DNA of 64,000 bases from Eledone cirrhosa. Taxonomy: Eukaryota. Each line of letters starts with the position of its first letter. Positions within the stretch are counted from its first letter, which is position 1. The notes below the pieces were generated by a model. That model searched no databases, was not told the origin of the DNA, and saw only the letters and a list, made by a program, of their open reading frames with translations. Both the position numbers and the translations under genes were made by a program. Shown here one piece after another: positions 32,771-45,208 of this stretch. The stretch spans positions 366,730,001 to 366,794,000 of the forward strand of contig OZ024742.1 in the NCBI GenBank assembly GCA_964016885.1, written 5' to 3'.

Positions 32771-32800
32771 AATATATATATATATATATATATTTATAAA

Positions 32801-33071
32801 CCATATTTATTTCATTATACATATTTCAAGGACACCAAGTTAAATTATGGTGTGCTTTCATCAGCCAAAATATAATATAGATTAGTTTTATGAATAAATA
32901 TTGACATACCCTTAAAAAATGCAACCATTACTGTTGGAAGCTCCCGGATAGTCTTTTTAAGGGTATGCAAATATTTATTTTTAAAACTGATCTATATTAT
33001 ATTTTGTCTGATGAAAGCACACCATAATTTAACTTGGTCTCCTTGAAATATGTATAATGAAATAAATATGG
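32801..33071. mobile_element. fold-back element with about 117-bp arms and a hammerhead per arm (32808-32872 minus; 33000-33064 plus)
   Basis: TATTTTGT-CTGATGA-AAGCACACCA...TGGT(G/C)TCCTT-GAAA-TATGTA-TA-ATGAAATA, with an 8-bp stem I and an AUA triplet. Related copies at 54610-54870 and 58498-58680. Confidence 0.85.
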
Positions 33072-33191
33072 TATTAGAAATATAGTTTCCATTTGTTAAT
33101 ATCGTATGTTTACTCCAAATATTTGTTGAGTGCTTTATATCAGTTATAAAAATATTTGCTTGTTGTATCCCAACAATTTAAATAGAACTTT

Positions 33192-33257
<66 letters not shown>

Positions 33258-33350
33258 CACATATATACATTTACATATATATATATATATATATTTCGTT
33301 TCTGAATTTGTTTAGCAAGATTCTTTATCTGAAATCGTGTGTTGAAACCG

Positions 33351-33786
33351 ATATTGTTATACTTTGGGAGGGTCATGTTGCCAATAAGAAACACACGCAC
33401 CAGTTGCTTTCACTTCAATTTATTATATATTTATAAATTTATAAATTTATAAATTTCTGGTTGGTTGGTTGGTTCCACAACCAGATAGTTGTTTATATAT
33501 AGTCATAGTTCTTTCGTCACACACTCTGTGACCTCTTCAGTGACTGGGGATTCCTTTCTTTGTTTCTGTGCCTCTCCTTTGTTCTGTCCTACGCCATTTT
33601 GTCACTGAAGAGGTCACAGAGTGTGTGACGAAAGAACTATGACTATATATAAACAACTATCTGGTTGTGGAACCAACCAACCAACCAGAAATTTATAAAT
33701 TTATAAATTTATAAATATATAATAAATTGAAGTGAAAGCAAATGGTGCGTGTGTTTCTTATTGGCAACATGACCCTCCCAAAGTAT

Positions 33787-33794
<8 letters not shown>
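33351..33794. mobile_element. fold-back element with 194-bp arms and a 56-bp spacer, built from Penelope-like 3' ends; hammerheads at 33502-33544 (minus) and 33601-33643 (plus)
   Basis: GTCA-CTGAAGA-G-GTCACA-GAGTG-TGTGAC-GAAA-GAAC-TA-TGAC. The outer ends ATGACCCTCCCAAAGTATAACAATAT match the 3' terminus of the PLE at 39569-39594. Confidence 0.92.
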
Positions 33795-33834
<40 letters not shown>

Positions 33835-33870
33835 GCACATATATACATTTACATATATATATATATATAT

Positions 33871-34290
33871 AAAAACAAATAACGAAACGAAATTAAATTT
33901 CGTTTCGTTTGTAACTCACTTTTGTATGAACCGGTACTTACTCACACTCTATGCAAATTAGTCTGCCCACTACTAATTTTCATAGAAAAAGCATATAACG
34001 ATATGTGCTTTTACGATTCTCTAGAGAGGCCGGAAGATAGGTAAATATTGCTGATGAGTTGTAACAACAACGAAACTAGTTCAATATTCCTTGTCTGGCT
34101 TTCTGGAGAATAGAGGAGAGGTGTTTCCTCAAAAACCAGTATGACTCTAAAAACCGGTTTGTCTGTGTGTTTACATACAGAATAGCTGGCCACTCACAGT
34201 AAAGTGACCAGTGAAAAAACTTGGTACACCTACATATGTATACGTGTGTGTATTCATATACATACTAGTATTTCAGTATACATATATGGA
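33871..34290 (+). mobile_element. retrozyme-like non-coding element (5' hairpin, ATGCAAAT, hammerhead); diverged relative of 48750-49250
   Basis: Shares the block ATGCAAATTAG.CTGC.CA....TAATTTTCATA and the hammerhead position with 48750-49250. Confidence 0.7.
34044..34088 (+). ncRNA. minimal type I hammerhead ribozyme (GUU)
   Basis: AATATTG-CTGATGA-GTTGT-AACA-ACAAC-GAAA-CTAG-TT-CAATATT. Perfect 7-bp stem I, 5-bp stem II, palindromic CTAG. Confidence 0.9.
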
Positions 34291-34304
34291 TGTACATCTT
34301 TAAC

Positions 34305-34309
<5 letters not shown>

Positions 34310-34335
<26 letters not shown>

Positions 34336-34648
34336 CCTACACACACATATACATACATATACGTATGCATACATACATACACACACACACACACATATAA
34401 TTATATATATATATAAGAAATAACATAAATATTATATAAAAAAACCTAAATATTGTATATATAAAAATAAAAATAAAAATAAAAATATAAAGTTGGGAAT
34501 ACGACAAATAATAAGTAAAAAAATATATTTAGAAAAGGGTATAAATGTTTATAGCAGATTTAGAGAACTCAACAAATTCTTGGAGCAAATGATCAATGAA
34601 AATAAGCATTAAATCACTGTATCTAATTATGCATATACATACACACAT

Positions 34649-34701
<53 letters not shown>

Positions 34702-35979
34702 CACACACACACACAAACACAACCACAGAAATACACACACACTTACATATACGTATATATATATACACACACATAGGAAAAAGTCTGACCCCACGGCAGA
34801 TCTAGAGCCGTTTCTGAGGCTATTATATATATATAATGTGTGTATATATATCATAGCCTCAGAAACGGCTTGCGCTCTGCCGTGGGGTGAGACTTTTTCC
34901 TATGTGTGTGTATATATATATACGTATATGTATGTGTGTGTATTTCTTTGTATGTATATGTATGTGTGTGTATTTCTTTGTATGTCAGGTCACCAGTTGG
35001 TGCTACTGGTAACATGTATCCCAGTACAACCTGTCTCATGGTCGGGTCGTTGGCGACTAAACTGGCAACCCCACCAAGGTTTCTTGGTGAGGAGGGTGAC
35101 TTTGGACATCCTGCAGGACTAAAAACAAAACCTGTCAAAGGGCAAAGGAGCTCTTAAGAGTCAATGGCCATTCAAAATCACCGGGAGAGATGACCCCTTA
35201 GCCTTTGTCAAGGCAGAATTCTAGGAGAAGGAAAACTCTGATATAACACCTGCAACCCTGATGGTATCCAATGATGTTGACTTGTTCTTCTTTTTGGTAA
35301 ATATCATCTTGGTTAAGAGAGTGGGACTGGCTTTGTGCAGTGCCTTTGCTCACTATAAAAGCTTCACGGCACAGGCATTGCTTTATATCTGGAGATCTCT
35401 CTGCACTTGTCGTCACATGGTACCATGGGCCCAGCACTATGTGTCAGTAATTGTCACAAGTGTAGTGTTTGTACCAGAGTTTTCAAGTCGCTGGCTGGAC
35501 TAAAAAGTCACACTCGTTCAGCGCATCGGTAGGGGTTCTCCTACATGGATATAAAGTAGTGGCCGTACTCGAAAACGAGTTGGCAGCCACCATGTATGTG
35601 TGTGTATTTCTTTGGTTGTGTTTGTGTGTGTGTGTGTATGTATATATATGTATATATATATATATGTGTATATGTATATGTGTATGTGTGTATGTATATG
35701 CATAATTACATACAGTGATTTAATGCTTATTTTCATTGATCCAGGAAATCGTTGAGTTCTCTAAATCTGCTATAAACATTTATACCCTTTTCTAAATATA
35801 TTTTTTTACTTATTATTTGTCGTATTCCCAACTTTTTATTTTTATTTTTATTTTCATATATACAATATTTACGTTATTTTATATAATATTTATGTTCTTT
35901 CTTATATATATATATAATTATATGTGAGTGTGTGTGTGTATGTATGTATGCATACGTATGTGTATGTATATGTGTGTGT

Positions 35980-36014
<35 letters not shown>

Positions 36015-36020
36015 AATGTA
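34310..36020. repeat. imperfect palindrome centred near 34840; the right arm is interrupted by the 609-bp element
   Basis: 34400-34660 pairs with 35680-35920. The core 34750-34822 pairs with 34853-34925 (GGAAAAAGTCT.ACCCCACGGCAGA / TCTGCCGTGGGGT.AGACTTTTTCC). Confidence 0.88.
34984..35592 (+). mobile_element. 609-bp non-coding dispersed element, full copy
   Basis: Same ends as 41146-41754 (GTCAGGTCACC...GGCAGCCACCA). ATGTATGTGTGTGTATTTCTTTG occurs on both sides, like a target-site duplication. Confidence 0.9.
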
Positions 36021-36039
36021 TATATGTGTATGTATAGAA

Positions 36040-36440
36040 ATAACAGCCATATCCATAACAATGGCAGGAAAGTGAAAAATAGTGATAATGGTAATAATAC
36101 TAGCGATAGACAGAACAACAACAACCACAGTAATAATAATAATAGAAACATTAACCACAGACACATCAACAGCGACCACAGTAGTAATAACGGTAACAAT
36201 ACGAACAACAACAACAATAACCACAGTGGTAATAATGGAAATAGTACATGTAGCAGCATCAACAAAAACAAGAAACATAATAATAGTAACAACCACAATG
36301 GTAGAAATAACAGTAACAACAACAACAATAACGGTGAAGTAAACAACAATACATCTAGCAATCATAATAATAATAATAATGCTAATGATAGAAACAACAA
36401 CAACCACCCTGATAACAACAATAGCAGCACACACAACTAT
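36040..36440. repeat. degenerate (AAC/AAT)n low-complexity tract
   Basis: Direct. Confidence 0.85.
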
Positions 36441-36455
36441 GACGATAGATATAAT

Positions 36456-36641
36456 TGTTTCTACTTTAGGCACAAGGCCAGCAATTACCCAGTACATTAC
36501 TGGTACTTTATTTTATCGACCCCGTAAGGATGAAAGGCAAAGTTAACCTCGACGGGATTTGAACTCAGACCGTAAAAGGACGTAACTATGCTGGAAAGCA
36601 TGGCGTCCGACTCTCTACCGATACTGCCAATCCACCGCCCT
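36456..36641 (-). mobile_element. tRNA-derived SINE, full length, with a 16-bp TSD
   Basis: The minus strand has an A-box-like GGCAGTATCGGTAG and the B box GAGTTCAAATCC. TSD TGACGATAGATATAAT at 36440-36455 and 36642-36657. Matches 62326-62500. Confidence 0.92.
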
Positions 36642-36708
36642 TGACGATAGATATAATGACAACCCCTTAGAGAAACTATTTTTCAACCCAGCTGACAAAA
36701 CATATAAG

Positions 36709-38103
36709 ATGGGTAATATCTATCCTACGAGGTTACCCTTTAATAAAAGAGTTTGCATACCACAGCAAATAGATGACGAGACAGAGGCACAATTCACCAT
36801 AGCTAGAAATAAGATTAGACAAATAGTAGACAGATATACTAAGAGACAGAGCAGACCAGAGGCCCAACAACTTGGGAGGAAACCTGTAGAAGGCTTGGTT
36901 AGCCTCAAGCAGCACACAAGGGATGGTGAGGTAGTGTGTCTACCCACAGATAAGTCTGGTAGGATGTCAATAGATAGCATGCCGAACTACATCGAGGCTA
37001 TGCAACCCCACATCACCAACACGAGCGAAGTTGCACAACAAACACACGATGGGAGAGAAAAAATCCTCAACGCTCACATGATGATGTGGACTGACATCCT
37101 AAAGCCAAGCAGACGCACTGCCAACAACTTCCAGGCGTCTAACAATGGCATAGCACACTTGTATGGGCTCCGCAAAGACCACAAGACAGTCGACGACCCG
37201 ACAACAGGACCACCAACAAGACCCGTATGCGGAGCTAATATAGCTAGCAACTACAGGATCTCCTACTTCCTCTCAATGGTTATACGCCCCATAATCAAGA
37301 TGTCCCCAGATGTATGTGAAAGTACAGAGGACCTCCTCAGCAGAATCAGTGAGTGCAACAAAAACAGGAGCCTTTCCAACTGCATAATAGGCAGCATGGA
37401 TGTGGTGTCACTGTACCCATCCATTAACATTGATTTTGCTGTGGAAAAATGTGTGGAGATGATCATTGAGAGTGAGGTGGAGTTCCGCGACGTCGACACA
37501 GACGAACTGGGCCTCCTACTTAGACTTACCTACGACACTGACTACCTAGACAGCCATGACCTTAGATGTTTCAGCCCTAGTAGACCTATAAGAGGTAGAC
37601 CCCCCACCATAACCTCAATGGCAAAAACGACTCCCATGGGAAGGTGGATTGGGTGGACCAAAGCTATACGGACCCCCCAAAACAATGATCAGGTAAGAAA
37701 AATGGTCGCACTTGCAATAGGGGCTAGTATCAAAACTACCCTAAAGGGCCACATATTTAAGTTCAATGAGAAAATCTACACCCAAAATGAGGGAGCAGCC
37801 ATCGGCGTCAGCATAGCTGGTGATGTTGCCAACCTTTTCATGGTATGGTGGGAAAGGAGACTTAAAGATCTCCTTAATGAAAGCTCCATAGACCTCATCA
37901 TGTACTCTCGTTATGTAGACGATATCAATATAGTTATAAGGACACCCCCACTAGAGAGCACTAACAAGTTTGATTTAGAACGTAGCACGATGGAAAGCAT
38001 CCAGCAGATAGCTAATTCCATACACCAGAGTATAACTGTAACTATCGACTTCTCTTCCAAACACCCTAACAATAGACTACCTGTATTAGACACAGAACTC
38101 TAG
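36709..38103 (+). pseudogene. PLE reverse transcriptase domain (continues after the stop in 38158-38601)
   Basis: RT motifs as listed for 36658-39592. Confidence 0.9.
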
Positions 38104-38594
38104 ATTAACACTATAGACGAGAGAGCCCAAATTCTCCACTCAGACTATGCTAAACCCATGGCCTCCAAATACCTGATACTCAAAAACTCAGCAATGTCCA
38201 GTAGTGCTAAGTTTAATATTCTGATCGCAGATTTGGTACGAGTGATGAAGAATGTGTCCAGCATGTGCGACCCAACAGAAATGGAAAGACACATCCAACA
38301 CTTCATCAACCGCATGCAGTTCTCTGGCTACAACCAAAGCGACAGAGTCAGAGTATACGAAGGAGCCATGGAAAAGTATAAGACTCTCATAGAACTGGAC
38401 ATGAAAGGAATTTGCCCATTATACAGGAGCAAATCATGGAATAGCTTAGATAGGGCTAGACATAAGATAGGGAAGGCCACATCATGGTACGACAACCAGA
38501 GATATCAGAGTGTCATGTTTGTGGACGCCACCCCTGGAGGGAAATTAGCTAACCAGTGTAGAAAGGCCCTGAGAAAGACCCACTTAAAAATAAA

Positions 38595-39069
38595 GTGGTA
38601 GAAAAGCCAGGAACCACCATAAAATCCCTGATCAGCAAAACCTACCCTTTTAAGAAAACCCACTGTACCAAGAGGAAATGTATCATATGTAAGGTGAACC
38701 CCCGGATAAACTGTAAAACTAGAAACGTAGTCTATAGCATAAGATGTACAGAGGGTACTTGCAGAAACATGACAACAACATACATAGGTGAAACAGCTCG
38801 TAGCATAGGTGAGAAGGATAGACCAACACTGGGGGGAACTAAAAGGACGAAAAAACGGGTCAGTACTATACGAACATGCTAGACAACAACATGACGGTAA
38901 CATAGACAACATAGAAATTAGAATAATATCTAAACATAGGAATGACCCAGCAGATAGGCAAATCAGAGAGGCCAGTGAAATAGAAATTAGAAGACCAAAG
39001 CTAAACAGAAAGAATGAGTGGAACAACAACAACACTCAAACAAACAACACTGACCTAAGAGAAGTATAA
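38595..39069 (+). pseudogene. PLE GIY-YIG endonuclease, frameshifted
   Basis: NVVYSIRC...YIGETARS...H...LYEHA...RQIREA..I....P.LNRKNEW. Confidence 0.88.
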
Positions 39070-39342
39070 ATAAGTAAATAAAATAAAATAAATTAAGATA
39101 AATAAATACATACACAAGCACAATAACAACAAGCACATAAAAACACACACTAGTCACCCAGCAGACACAACACTATACACACTAGTCACACAGCAAATAT
39201 AACACTATACATACACGCAAACGCATGCGCAAAGAAGACAAAATAAAATAAAAAAACAACCAAATAAATAAATATATAGACAGACTGAATAAAAAAAATG
39301 GCGTAGACATACAGCACAACAGGAGGAAAAAAAATATAACAC

Positions 39343-39380
39343 CACTGACGATGTTGCAGATGTGCAACGAAAGATTTATG
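39343..39380 (+). ncRNA. minimal hammerhead in the PLE 3' repeat (weak stems I and III)
   Basis: CA-CTGACGA-T-GTTGCA-GATG-TGCAAC-GAAA-GATT-TA-TG. The paralogue near 49938-49975 has CCGACGA. Confidence 0.6.
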
Positions 39381-39591
39381 TAAATTATGTAAACTATATA
39401 TATGTGTTTGTGTCTATATTGTATCTGTATTATTTTTTACCGTCGGTCAGTCAATGGCAACATTGAGGACCGAGTAAGTTAGATCGCAGATATAAAAGAC
39501 AGCGAGAAGCGAAAACCAACCAAACAGTGAGTGTGTTCTGTTATTAATTCTGGCAATATTACACAAATATGACCCTCCCCAAGTATAACAA

Positions 39592-39622
<31 letters not shown>

Positions 39623-39760
39623 TTAGAGTTAAATAAGGTTCATATGAATATATCTAAGAATGAGTTTTACACACATACATATGTGTGTTTGTATTTGTAT
39701 GTATGTGTTTGTAATATGTATGTATATGTATGTGTATGTATGTATGGATATATATGTATG

Positions 39761-39829
<69 letters not shown>

Positions 39830-40014
39830 ATATATGTGTGTGTGTGTGTATGTATATGTGTATGCGTATATATGTGTATATGTATTTGTATATGTATGTG
39901 TATGTGTGAGAGTGTGTGTATGTATTTATTTTTACATATGTATGTGTACGTGCATTTGTGTGTATTGCTTACCACGTGTGTTTGTTCATTTATTTGTTGC
40001 CTGTATCGCTGTCA

Positions 40015-40903
40015 TAGCCATATCTTTGCCATAGCCATTGACTGGGTACTAAGAAGAGCGTCTAAAGACCAGGGTATATATTGGGTGGGACAGCAAAAGT
40101 TGTCTGACCTGGACTTTGCGGACGATATTGTTGCACTTGCAGAGAGCACAGCAGACCTGCAAATCATTATGAACAATATCAATGACGAAGCAGGAAGCTT
40201 AGGTCTCAATATCAGTGCTAAGAAGACCAAAAGCATGTTATCTGGGACACACCCATCACCAACTAGTGTTTACATTGAACAGGGGGAGGTGGAGACAGTG
40301 GACAACTTCACCTACCTAGGAAGCTCCATTGACAATGGGGGCGCCATGGACAGTGAATTGCAATGTAGAATGGGAAAGGCTTCAGCAGCATTTAACCAGC
40401 TCGTCAAGATCTGGAAGAGCAGGAACTTCACCCTCAAAACAAAGATGAGATTCTACAACAGCAACGTGCTGTCCATACTCTTGTACGGAAGTGAAACACG
40501 GAACCTTAAGACCAGCCAAGGGAAGAAGTTGGACGCATTCGATTCCAGGTGTCTGCGAAAGATCCTGGGGATTAAATGGAGTGACCATGTAACAAACCAG
40601 GAAGTCAGGAACCGCACCAACCAGCAGCTAGTCTCTTCTGCCATCTGCAGGCGACGCCTGGGCTGGTTTGGGCACGCTTTGAGACTTCCCCCGGAGAGAC
40701 TGGCGAACCAAGTACTTAAATGGTACCCACAGGGAGGCAGACGGAGAGGGCTACCCAGAATGAACTGGCGCCAGACAGTTGAGAGGGACCTGCGAGCGAC
40801 AAACAGACAATGCGGGACGCTATGCAACTGGCTGCTGACCGAACGCGGTGGAACACTATGATTGACTCATGCTCGCAAGACGCGGGAGCTTCTGAGTCTG
40901 AGT
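40015..40903 (+). mobile_element. 5'-truncated RTE-clade LINE with a 14-bp TSD
   Basis: LDFADD, FTYLGS, LLYGSET, CLRKILGIKW and WFGH. The tail is (TCTGAG)2. TSD CTGTATCGCTGTCA at 40001-40014 and 40904-40917; the empty site is visible in the inverted paralogue near 32440-32452. Confidence 0.95.
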
Positions 40904-41145
40904 CTGTATCGCTGTCAACACTATAATAATCTTTATATTCATTTTTATTTTTTTATTATTATATATTTTTTTCTTATATTTATTTGTGTGTGTGAGTATG
41001 TAGGTGTGTGTACATATTTCTATATTTGTGCATGCGTATGTATGCGTGTATATATGTGTGTATGTATGTGTATGTATGTACGTGTGTATATACGTATGAT
41101 TGTGTGTATGTATGTATCTGTATGTATATATGTATGTATATGTAT

Positions 41146-41754
41146 GTCAGGTCACCAGTTGGTGCTACTGGTAACATGTATCCCAGTACAACCTGTCCCA
41201 TGGTCGGGTCGTTGGCGACTAAACTGGCAACCCCACCAAGGTTTCTTGGTGAGGAGGGTGACTTTGGACATCCTGCAGCACTAAAAACAAAACCTGTCAA
41301 AGGGCAAAGGAGCTCTTAAGAGTCAATGGCCATCCAAAATCACTGGGAGAGATGACCCCTTAGCCTTTGTCAAGGCAGAATTCTAGGAGAAGGAAAACTC
41401 TGATATAACACCTGCAACCCTGATGATATCCAATGATGTTGACTTGTTCTTCTTTTTGGTAAATATCATCTTGGTTAAGAGAGTGGGAATGGCTTTGTGC
41501 AGTGTCTTTGCTCACTATAAAAGCTTCACGGCACAGGCATTGCTTTATATCTGGAGATCTCTCTGCACTTGTCGTCACATGGTACCATGGGCCCAGCACT
41601 ATGTGTCAATAATTGTCACAAGTGTAGTGTTTGTACCAAAGTTTTCAAGTCGCTGGCCGGACTGAAAAGTCACACTCGTTCAGCGCATCGGTAGGGGTTC
41701 TCCTACATGGATATAAAGTAGTGGCCGTACTCGAAAACGAGTTGGCAGCCACCA
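41146..41754 (+). mobile_element. 609-bp non-coding dispersed element, full copy
   Basis: Near-identical to 34984-35592. Confidence 0.9.
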
Positions 41755-41758
41755 TATG

Positions 41759-41841
<83 letters not shown>

Positions 41842-42104
41842 GGTATATATATGTATGTGTGTGTATGTATATATATGTTTATGTATATATATATATATGC
41901 ATGTATATGTGTACGTGTGTGTGTGTATGCACGTTTGTGTATTTGTATGTATGTTAGTATGTATATATATATGTGTGTGTGTGTTGGCGTGTGTTTGCAT
42001 GTGTGTTTTTATTTTTCCTTTCCCTTCTGCCTTTTCCAGCCTCACTTTCATATAGATTATATTTTTGTTTTTAAAATCCAACGCTAATAAATACACCAGG
42101 ATTT

Positions 42105-42165
42105 TTTCATTCTGATGATTGAAAGCAAAATTTGTTTGCTTTTAAGAAACCACTGGTAAATGAAA
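42105..42165 (+). ncRNA. type I hammerhead ribozyme (GUA)
   Basis: TTTCATT-CTGATGA-TTGAAAGCAAA-ATTTG-TTTGCTTTTAA-GAAA-CCACTGG-TA-AATGAAA. Stem I has 7 bp and stem II 11 bp. Confidence 0.88.
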
Positions 42166-42270
42166 TAATTGCCTTATGTTGTTTATTACATAACTATTAT
42201 GCTCTGTTACCTATATAGAGCACTCTTTTTTCCTGAACTTTTCCGGTGGAATTACTTCATTCACACACAC

Positions 42271-42331
<61 letters not shown>

Positions 42332-43048
42332 AAATTAAGATAAATCAAAATGAATTTAATCTAAATCAAAATTATGGGTGTCATGCCAGAAAGGCATGCG
42401 CCATATCACCCGTAAAATAAGCTCAGAGATTCTAATGAATAGGTCCGAGCATTTTATATCAACTAGAAATTGATTAACATATAAATAATCATATGAAACA
42501 ATCACAGGGGATAATTTTTACAAGTGTGTAAGCACACATAGCTAGGTAGGTAACTAAATAAAGTTAACTAGAACTTCAAAAATAGATATCTTTTAATATG
42601 ATTAATCTTCCCTGTATATATTCCATTAAAGAAATATATTTCACCAATTAATCGGTTGGTAAACGACGGAGGCCGGTACTTGGATTCTCAACAAGGAAGA
42701 AGTACAGCGATCTGTGTTTACGCATTAAGTTCAAATCAGCGACTGGCCAGTAACACGTGCTGTATCTACTAAAAATTCACATCATACCAGCTTCGTCCCA
42801 GTGGCGTGAATAGGGTTATCTACAACTAGAAACAGCAGTCAAGTCCTTTCAACAGAGTTAGTTCTACAATTAAGGAGCCGTATTTATATATCTATATCCA
42901 AAATTAAGATAAATCAAAATGAATTTAATCTAAATCAAAATGATGGCATGACACCGATAATTTTACTGCTCACTGTTTCAAAACATACATACTTGCCATT
43001 TAAGCTCGCTAAGAATGTTGTTTCTAATTTGAATGGAAAGAGATGGGT

Positions 43049-43120
43049 GATGTGTTAGTGTAAATGGTCACACAGTGGTCCGGATAACCAAAGATGTGGG
43101 TTCGACTCCCATGTACGTCA
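43049..43120 (+). pseudogene. tRNA-like 72-nt cloverleaf (pseudo-tRNA or SINE head)
   Basis: Acceptor GATGTGT/GTACGTC, D arm GTGT/ACAC, anticodon arm TGGT-CCGGATA-ACCA, T arm GTGGG-TTCGACT-CCCAT. C33, U37 and a GGA anticodon with a short variable loop are non-canonical. Confidence 0.6.
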
Positions 43121-43201
43121 ATACTCCTCTTTTTCCATTTCTCCGTATATATATATGTATATTTATATGTATATATATATATATATATATTATATTTATT
43201 A

Positions 43202-43259
<58 letters not shown>

Positions 43260-43268
43260 TAAATATAC

Positions 43269-43299
<31 letters not shown>

Positions 43300-43614
43300 C
43301 ATATATATATACATATATATATATATACATATATATATTTCATAAAATGTGTCTATAGAATCACCATATAAAATATATACCATTTCCTCTCCCAATTAGC
43401 ATAATTAACCATATAAGAAATCGATTAGACCAAGCTATAAGAATAAAGGCTTCTATGAAGAAATCTCCGACAAATAACCGAAAGCGGCCCTTCGCGGTGG
43501 TTGCGACGGGTATTTATCGAGTATTTCGACAGAGTGTATAAATCGTCCAGATATACAGTCAACTAAACAGAATTAGGTGTAAAATAAACTAGGAGAAATG
43601 TGAAAATATTTAGT

Positions 43615-43694
43615 TACCTCTACCATGGTTTCGTCCGCATTTTAAGATATCCGATAACATTGGACATCTGGAGCACCGGACTCTTCAGGAGTTA
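43615..43694 (-). ncRNA. type I hammerhead ribozyme (GUA) with a large loop II
   Basis: Minus strand: CTC-CTGAAGA-GTCCG...CGGAC-GAAA-CCATGG-TA-GAG. Confidence 0.8.
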
Positions 43695-43919
43695 GCTCAA
43701 ATTTAGACAATTAATTTTCCAAAGTGATCGCGCCAAGAATACATTCAAAAATTGCTAAGAGCCGTGACGTGACAGCGGTCAGGTTAGAAAGAATGTGATT
43801 AGTTGCTTACGGCTGGTGGCCTTTTGCTAGAAAGCGCAGCACAATACAGCCAAAATTGTATCTCAACCTAACGGGAGATTATTACATATAAAGGTTTACA
43901 TATATATATATATATATAT

Positions 43920-44925
43920 ATTAATGACATTACTGACATCATCAAGCACAGCAACATCAGAATATTCGCAGATGATTCCAATCTCCAAAGGGTCATCAAT
44001 GAGGTGGGTGACCGGACTTGCCTTCAGTCAGACCTACTGGCTGTTATCCAATGGGCAGAGATGAATAATATGCTGTTGAATGAGGATAAATTTAAACTAA
44101 TCCACTTTGGAAAAAAGTATGCTCTGAAACTACCAAACTCTCTTTCTTCGGGTGAAACTCTGGTGACTTCCAATAACATCAGAGACCTGGGAGTAATTGT
44201 GGACAACAATATAAGCTGGGCCAGTTATATAACAGCAAAGTTGATATGGCCCGCAGAATGTGTTCCTGGATACTTAGAACTTTCCAGTCGAGAGATATCC
44301 ACACTGTTATCCTTCTCTTCTCCACATTTGCCCGACCCCACCTTGAATACTGTTGTCCACTGTGGTCACCCCACACGAAACAAAGTATCATGAAAGTTGA
44401 AGCACCCCAAAGGTCAATTACAAATAATATAGTTAGCATGACAGGCCTTGACTATTGGGGTCGATTAGAAAAGCTCAATCTTTATTCTCTCCAACGTCGC
44501 CGTGAGCACTACATTATCTTTATGATGTGGAAAATATTCCATCAGCTTAGCCCAAATGATGTTGGCATCACCTTTAGTGTACACCCAAGGTTGGGCCCCG
44601 TGCTATCCGCCCACGACAAAAATCCCACTCGCATCACATAACAACAATACGGCACAATTATTTCACCTCAATTGGTCCTGTCCTCTTTCACACTACACCA
44701 AAACACATCAGAGCAGAGACAGACCCCATCAAGTTCAAGTGGTCTTTGGATAAATTCCTTCAAGAAATCCCGGATATGCCTCCGTAAACAATAACTTTCT
44801 GCTCGAGTGGGCCATTGTGCCCAAACATTGATTTGTAAGACTTCGCCAGGTGGTGCTATTAAGTTAGACATGGCCTGGGCCAATACTGGCCGAAACCTAT
44901 CAAAGTTATCAAAGTTATAAAGTTA
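43920..44925 (+). pseudogene. 3' fragment of a CR1/L2-group LINE, frameshifted
   Basis: IFADDS, DLGVIVD and [10 protein letters not shown]. Same family as 45455-48266. The tail is (AAAGTTAT)n. Confidence 0.92.
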
Positions 44926-44960
44926 TATATATATATGTATATATATATATATAAATATAT

Positions 44961-45084
<124 letters not shown>

Positions 45085-45161
45085 GTATATATATATATGT
45101 ATATATTTATATATGTTTATATATATATATATGTATATATATATGTATATATATATATATC

Positions 45162-45208
<47 letters not shown>

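Larger units (their letters stand above)
36658..39592 (+). mobile_element. 5'-truncated Penelope-like element (Neptune-like Cys-rich linker): RT, GIY-YIG endonuclease and a 3' repeat with a hammerhead
   Basis: TDKSG, LYGLRKDHK, PTRPVC, SMDVVSLYPSI, GAAIG, RYVDD and LPVLD, followed by C-x4-C-x2-C...NVVYSIRC...YIGET. A stop at 38103 and frameshifts disrupt it. The 3' end abuts (TA)n. Confidence 0.93.

Noticed and set aside
32965-32972. Octamer ATGCAAAT upstream of the 33000 hammerhead
   Set aside because: It is not conserved in the partner arm or in the 54610 copy.
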